Source: a bacterium BMS3Abin02
GTDB taxonomy: Bacteria; Actinomycetota; Acidimicrobiia; Spongiisociales; UBA4744
Direction: 5' to 3'
Length of the DNA stretch: 64,000 nucleotides
Assembly: GCA_002897675.1 (NCBI GenBank)
Contig: BDSU01000003.1
Location: 19,449 to 83,448, forward strand
The notes below the pieces were generated by a model. It was given only the letters and a program-made list of their open reading frames with translations, searched no databases and was not told the DNA's origin. This document shows positions 59,865 to 64,000 of the stretch, piece by piece. The translations under genes were made by a program, and so were the position numbers. Position 1 is the stretch's first letter, and each line of letters opens with the position of its first letter.

Positions 59865-60629
59865 ATGAAGACCTATGAAGTCAAGACCTCCGTCTTCGAA
59901 GGACCTCTCGATCTGCTCCTGCAACTGATTACGAGACACCAGGTGGAGATCACGGCGGTGAACCTCGTCGATCTGGTGGACGAATACCTGGAAACACTGG
60001 AAACGCTCGGGCAACTCGACATGGACGTCACGAGTGGATTCGTCCTGATTGCCTCGACGTTGATCCAACTCAAGGCGCGTCGCCTGCTCCCCACGGACGA
60101 TGGGGTGGACATGGACGAGGAGCTCGAACTCATGGAGGAGCGAGACCGGCTCCTCTCGCGTCTGCTCGCGTGCGTGACGTTCAGAGACGTCGCCGCGGTG
60201 ATCGCGTACCACCTCGAAGAAGCCGGCCGATACGTGTCGCGCTCGGGTGGCATGGACTTCTCGCCGCTGCACAAGCCACCGGAAACGGTGTTCACGATCG
60301 ACGCCGAAGGACTTGCCGCTCTTGCCGGACGTCTACTCGACGCCACGGTGGCCGAGCCCGACCTCGATCATCTCGATCTCGATCTCCCGTCGGTGGGCGA
60401 GGCGATGGCCGATCTGAGAACCAGAGTCAGTGCAGCAGCCGAGGCAGACTTCTCCGACATCGTGGCACATGCGGAGCGAACGGTGGAGGTCGTCGCCTAC
60501 TTTCTCGCATTGCTGGAGTTGGCTCGCTGGGGCGTCGTAGAGGCAAGCCAGGCCGGGTGGCTGTCGGAAATTCACATCAAAGCCACCGAGGCCGGCTCGA
60601 GGGAGGAGGGCGTCAGTGAATGGGAGTGA
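59865..60629 (+). CDS. scpA: Segregation/condensation protein A
   Basis: FEGPLDLLLQLI, KARRLLP, FLALLEL. Confidence 0.93.
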   Translation: MKTYEVKTSVFEGPLDLLLQLITRHQVEITAVNLVDLVDEYLETLETLGQLDMDVTSGFVLIASTLIQLKARRLLPTDDGVDMDEELELMEERDRLLSRLLACVTFRDVAAVIAYHLEEAGRYVSRSGGMDFSPLHKPPETVFTIDAEGLAALAGRLLDATVAEPDLDHLDLDLPSVGEAMADLRTRVSAAAEADFSDIVAHAERTVEVVAYFLALLELARWGVVEASQAGWLSEIHIKATEAGSREEGVSEWE

Positions 60630-61188
60630 GACGACGGCAGTCTCGGTGCTCGAGGCGATCCTGTTCGTTGCGGAGGAGCCCGTGCCCATCGAAGAGTTGG
60701 CCGAGGTATTGGAGATGAGCACCGACCGCGTGCAATCGGAACTCGCCAAACTCGCCGGGGAACTGGACGACAGGGGATCAGGTCTGGTCGTACGCACCGT
60801 GGGAGGTGGCTGGCGCCTGTACGCGAGGCCAGGCGTGCGGGCCTACTTGGAACGCTATGCAACTACGCCAAGCGCTACCCGGCTCTCTCCGGCGGCGCTC
60901 GAAGTCCTGTCCATCGTCGCCTATGAGCAGCCGGTATCACGCGGGCAGATCGGAGAGATTCGCGGTGTCGATTCCGGATCCGCGGTTCGGACGCTGGAGC
61001 GGCGAGGCCTGATCGAAGAACGCGGGCGCCTCTCCGTGCCGGGCAACCCGGCCATATACGGCACCTCATCCCTCTTTCTCGAGAAGCTCGGCATCGGCTC
61101 ACTCGACGATCTCCCACCACTCGCCGATCACGTCCCGCCTTCGCAGGTCGTCGAATCGCTCGAGGACACGTTCCGTACAGACCTGTGA
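60616..61188 (+). CDS. scpB: Segregation/condensation protein B
   Basis: LEAILF, LSPAALEVLSIVAYEQP, IRGV, DLPPL. Confidence 0.94.
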   Translation: MNGSETTAVSVLEAILFVAEEPVPIEELAEVLEMSTDRVQSELAKLAGELDDRGSGLVVRTVGGGWRLYARPGVRAYLERYATTPSATRLSPAALEVLSIVAYEQPVSRGQIGEIRGVDSGSAVRTLERRGLIEERGRLSVPGNPAIYGTSSLFLEKLGIGSLDDLPPLADHVPPSQVVESLEDTFRTDL

Positions 61189-61901
61189 ACGAACGCCTCC
61201 AGAAGCTCATCGCTCATTCAGGGCTCACTTCGCGCCGCGGTGCGGAGGAACTCATACGGCAAGGAAGGGTGACGGTCGATGGAACCGCCGCTCATCTGGG
61301 GCAGAAGATCGACCCTGAGCAGGCATCCGTCTTGATAGATGGGGTTCCGCTCCCCGTGGCACCAGGTCTCGTCTACTACCTTCTGAACAAGCCGCCGGGG
61401 GTCGTCAGCACGGCGAGCGACCCTCAGGGCCGCCGGACGGTCGTCGAGATCGTGGGTGATCACACGAGGTTGTATCCGGTGGGACGGCTGGACGTGGACT
61501 CCGAGGGGTTGCTCATCCTCACGAACGACGGAGATCTTGCCCATCTGCTGATGCACCCGAGATTCGAAGTCGCCAAGACATATACGGTGCTTGTCGGCAC
61601 CAACCCGACCGCCCGTCAACTCCGGGATCTGCGAGAAGGCGTGGAGCTGGAAGACGGGCCTGCGGCAGCGCTGTCCGCACGGGTGATCGATCGTTCGGAG
61701 GGACAGGCGTTGATCGAGATCGTGATGGGCGAGGGACGCAAGCGGGAGGTCCGCCGGATGTGCGGCGAGGTCGGCCTACCGGTTTTGAGACTCGTTCGGA
61801 CGGCCATCGGTCCCTTGCGCGATCGTTCTCTTCGCCCCGGGTCATTTCGGTCATTGACCATTGAGGAAGTGCGAAATCTCTATGGAGCGGCGATCCCATG
61901 A
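61185..61901 (+). CDS. rluB: rRNA pseudouridine synthase (RsuA/RluB family)
   Basis: ERLQK S4 domain, NKPPG, VGRLD, EGRKREVRRM. Confidence 0.9.
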   Translation: MNERLQKLIAHSGLTSRRGAEELIRQGRVTVDGTAAHLGQKIDPEQASVLIDGVPLPVAPGLVYYLLNKPPGVVSTASDPQGRRTVVEIVGDHTRLYPVGRLDVDSEGLLILTNDGDLAHLLMHPRFEVAKTYTVLVGTNPTARQLRDLREGVELEDGPAAALSARVIDRSEGQALIEIVMGEGRKREVRRMCGEVGLPVLRLVRTAIGPLRDRSLRPGSFRSLTIEEVRNLYGAAIP

Positions 61902-63181
61902 GACGCTGCATGACACCAACCACTGCCCGAGGAGAGATCACCGTGCCGGGGTCTCGAAGCATCACGAACCGGGTTCTTGTGATGGCGGCCCTCGCCGAGG
62001 GAGTGAGCATCCTTCGGGGTGTTCCACTCTGTGACGACACAGAGGCGATGATCTCCGGATTGCGCAGTCTCGGTGTGAGAATCCGCAGGGACGACGACGA
62101 GTTCCAGGTCACAGGGACGGGCGGGAGAATCGGAAGACCCGGAGCAGCCGTCGATGCGATGGCCTCCGGCACGACTGCACGGTTCCTGACTGCGGTTGCA
62201 TGCCTTGGCAAGCAAGTGGCGGTTGTTGACGGTGTGAGGCGGCTGCGGGAACGACCTCTACGCCCCCTCGTCGAGGCGCTTGGGAGCATGGGAGCACACA
62301 TCGAAGGTGAACACCTGCCCATCGTTGCCGGGGGGAGCAGACTCACAGGTGGCAGTGTCGAGGTGGATGCCTCGGCGTCGAGCCAATTCGTCTCTGCACT
62401 GGCCCTCATCGGACCCGTGATCGACGGAGGCCTGTCGATCCGGTGGAGTGAACTCGTGTCGAGGCCTTTCGTCGAGATGACGGTGGAGGTCATGGCGATC
62501 TTCGGCGTGACGGCGGAGCTGTCCGATCGTGGTCTGACCATCCCGGACGGAGCTGCCTATCGGGCGGCCGAGATGTCGATCCCCCCTGACGCCGCATCTG
62601 CCGTATACCCGGCACTGGCTGCCGCCATCACGAAAGGCAGTGTCATGATCAAAGAACTGCGACGAGCACCTTCCCAGGCGGACTTGCGGGTCTTCCAGGT
62701 TCTCGAACAGATGGGCTGCCGTGTCGTATGGAGTGCAACGGGCGTGAGCGTGAACGGTCCTGAGCGGCTGCGTTCCGTGGACGCCGACATGGCCGGCGCC
62801 CCGGACGGAGCCCTCGCCGTAGCGATCGCAGCAGCATTCGCCGATGGGACATCGACCATCCGTGGACTCGGCACACTCGCAGCAAAAGAGAGCGACCGCA
62901 TTGCCGGACTCGCCGAAGGGTTGACAGCCATGGGGGCCGTCGTCGAGGTCCAGGCCGCCGGCCTTTCGATCACCTCCGGCGACCTTCGCGATGCGACCAT
63001 CGATCCGCGCGCGGACCATCGAATAGCGATGGTGTTCTCCGTTGCCGGGATCGCCAGGGAGGGGATCTGCGTGGAGGACACGGATTGTGTGAGCAAGACG
63101 TGGCCCGGCTTCTATGAAGACATGGCGCGAATCTCTGGTTCAGGCTGGGCACGGTCAAGCAGACGACAATCCGCCGGGTGA
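61898..63181 (+). CDS. aroA: EPSP synthase
   Basis: GSRSITNR, SSQFVS, KESDR, DHRIAM, KTWP. Confidence 0.92.
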   Translation: MRRCMTPTTARGEITVPGSRSITNRVLVMAALAEGVSILRGVPLCDDTEAMISGLRSLGVRIRRDDDEFQVTGTGGRIGRPGAAVDAMASGTTARFLTAVACLGKQVAVVDGVRRLRERPLRPLVEALGSMGAHIEGEHLPIVAGGSRLTGGSVEVDASASSQFVSALALIGPVIDGGLSIRWSELVSRPFVEMTVEVMAIFGVTAELSDRGLTIPDGAAYRAAEMSIPPDAASAVYPALAAAITKGSVMIKELRRAPSQADLRVFQVLEQMGCRVVWSATGVSVNGPERLRSVDADMAGAPDGALAVAIAAAFADGTSTIRGLGTLAAKESDRIAGLAEGLTAMGAVVEVQAAGLSITSGDLRDATIDPRADHRIAMVFSVAGIAREGICVEDTDCVSKTWPGFYEDMARISGSGWARSSRRQSAG

Positions 63182-63280
63182 TGCGGGTGCGAGGATCGAC
63201 GGGCGCCATCGAGATGCCATACCCCCTTCGACCTCGACCAAGACCCCGAGACCACCTCTCCCGGCGTCGGCCCTGAGGGC

Positions 63281-63372
63281 TCCTCCCAGGGGAGGAAACG
63301 GCGCTCGCTGGGGAAGAAACAGGCCGGGAGGGAGGCCGACGCCGGCCGGAGGGGGAGTACGGCAAAGCCGGC
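63281..63372. repeat. Partial copy C of the REP-like repeat
   Basis: CGCTCGCTGGGGAAGAAACAGGCC is an inverted match to ~28910-28931; GGGGAGTACGGCAAAGCCGG resembles GGGAAGTACGGCGAAGCCGG near 28945. Confidence 0.65.
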
Positions 63373-63395
63373 CCAGCCACTAGGGTTGCCCCGCC

Positions 63396-64000
63396 ATGGA
63401 GCATCTCGTGATCGCGATCGACGGGCCGGGAGGATCCGGCAAGACGACGGTGAGCCAGGCGCTCGCCAAAGCTCTGGGGGTGGCGCATCTGGATACCGGT
63501 GCGTTCTATCGGGCAGTCACTTTGGCGGCACTTCGGGCTGGAATCTCCGCCGCACCGGACCTGGCCGCTCTCGCGAAGCGTATCGATCTGCGCTACGAGG
63601 ACGGGCACATGTATCTCGACGGCGAGGACGTCTGTGGGGCGATTCGTTCGGAGCCGGTCAATGCGTTCGTGTCGGCGGTCAGTGCGGAGCCGGCTGTACG
63701 CAGAGCAATGGTCGAATGCCAGCGGCATTGGGTCCAGCGCCATGACGGTCGGGCTGTCGTCGAGGGCCGGGACATCGGGACCGTGGTCTTTCCGCACGCC
63801 GAACTGAAGGTCTTCCTCGTTGCACGGCCGGAAGTGAGAGCCGCACGCCGTGCACACGAACTCGACGCCCCCGGAGTAGAGAACGTGCAGGAGGACCTCG
63901 CGCGGCGGGACCACCTGGACTCTTCCCGCGCCGTGTCACCGCTGAGCATGGCAGAAGACGCCATCACGATCGACACATCCGACGTGAACGTGGACGACGT
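63396..64000 (+). CDS. cmk: Cytidylate kinase (runs off the window end)
   Basis: Manual translation MEHLVIAIDGPGGSGKTT, LDTGAFYRA, VVEGRDIGTVVFP, RRDHLDS. Confidence 0.94.
   Translation, partial: MEHLVIAIDGPGGSGKTTVSQALAKALGVAHLDTGAFYRAVTLAALRAGISAAPDLAALAKRIDLRYEDGHMYLDGEDVCGAIRSEPVNAFVSAVSAEPAVRRAMVECQRHWVQRHDGRAVVEGRDIGTVVFPHAELKVFLVARPEVRAARRAHELDAPGVENVQEDLARRDHLDSSRAVSPLSMAEDAITIDTSDVNVDD

Overview
High-GC chromosomal window, most likely from an actinobacterium of the class Acidimicrobiia. This is inferred from the Pup-proteasome locus and the gene orders pafBC-tat-helY and tlyA-nadK-recN-pyrG-ald-xerD-scpAB-rluB-aroA-cmk. The left ~29 kb is accessory metabolism: a GH130 tail, a PAS histidine kinase, a six-gene sulfur assimilation operon, an E. 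coli-type fadR-AGPS-like-glpD operon with a visible FadR box, FTCD, transporters, and a six-gene operon encoding an HD-like protein, PrpD, a fungal-type homoaconitase, a homoisocitrate-dehydrogenase-like enzyme, a CitD-CitE fusion and CitF. That six-gene operon is the best candidate for an undescribed system: a CoA-dependent (homo)citrate lyase joined to C7-tricarboxylate enzymes, with no citC/citG/citX in the window and apparently no canonical ACP serine. The right ~35 kb is core actinobacterial: ttuB-ttuA-trmI, ferredoxin, arc-dop-pup-prcBA-pafABC, Tat, and the recN-cmk region. Reading outside the ORF track added pup, several small ORFs, a probable CTG start for tlyA, a frameshifted GNAT pseudogene and a dispersed REP-like repeat family. 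I saw no rRNA, tRNA, CRISPR array or transposase. All family calls come from motif recognition by eye; no database search was run.
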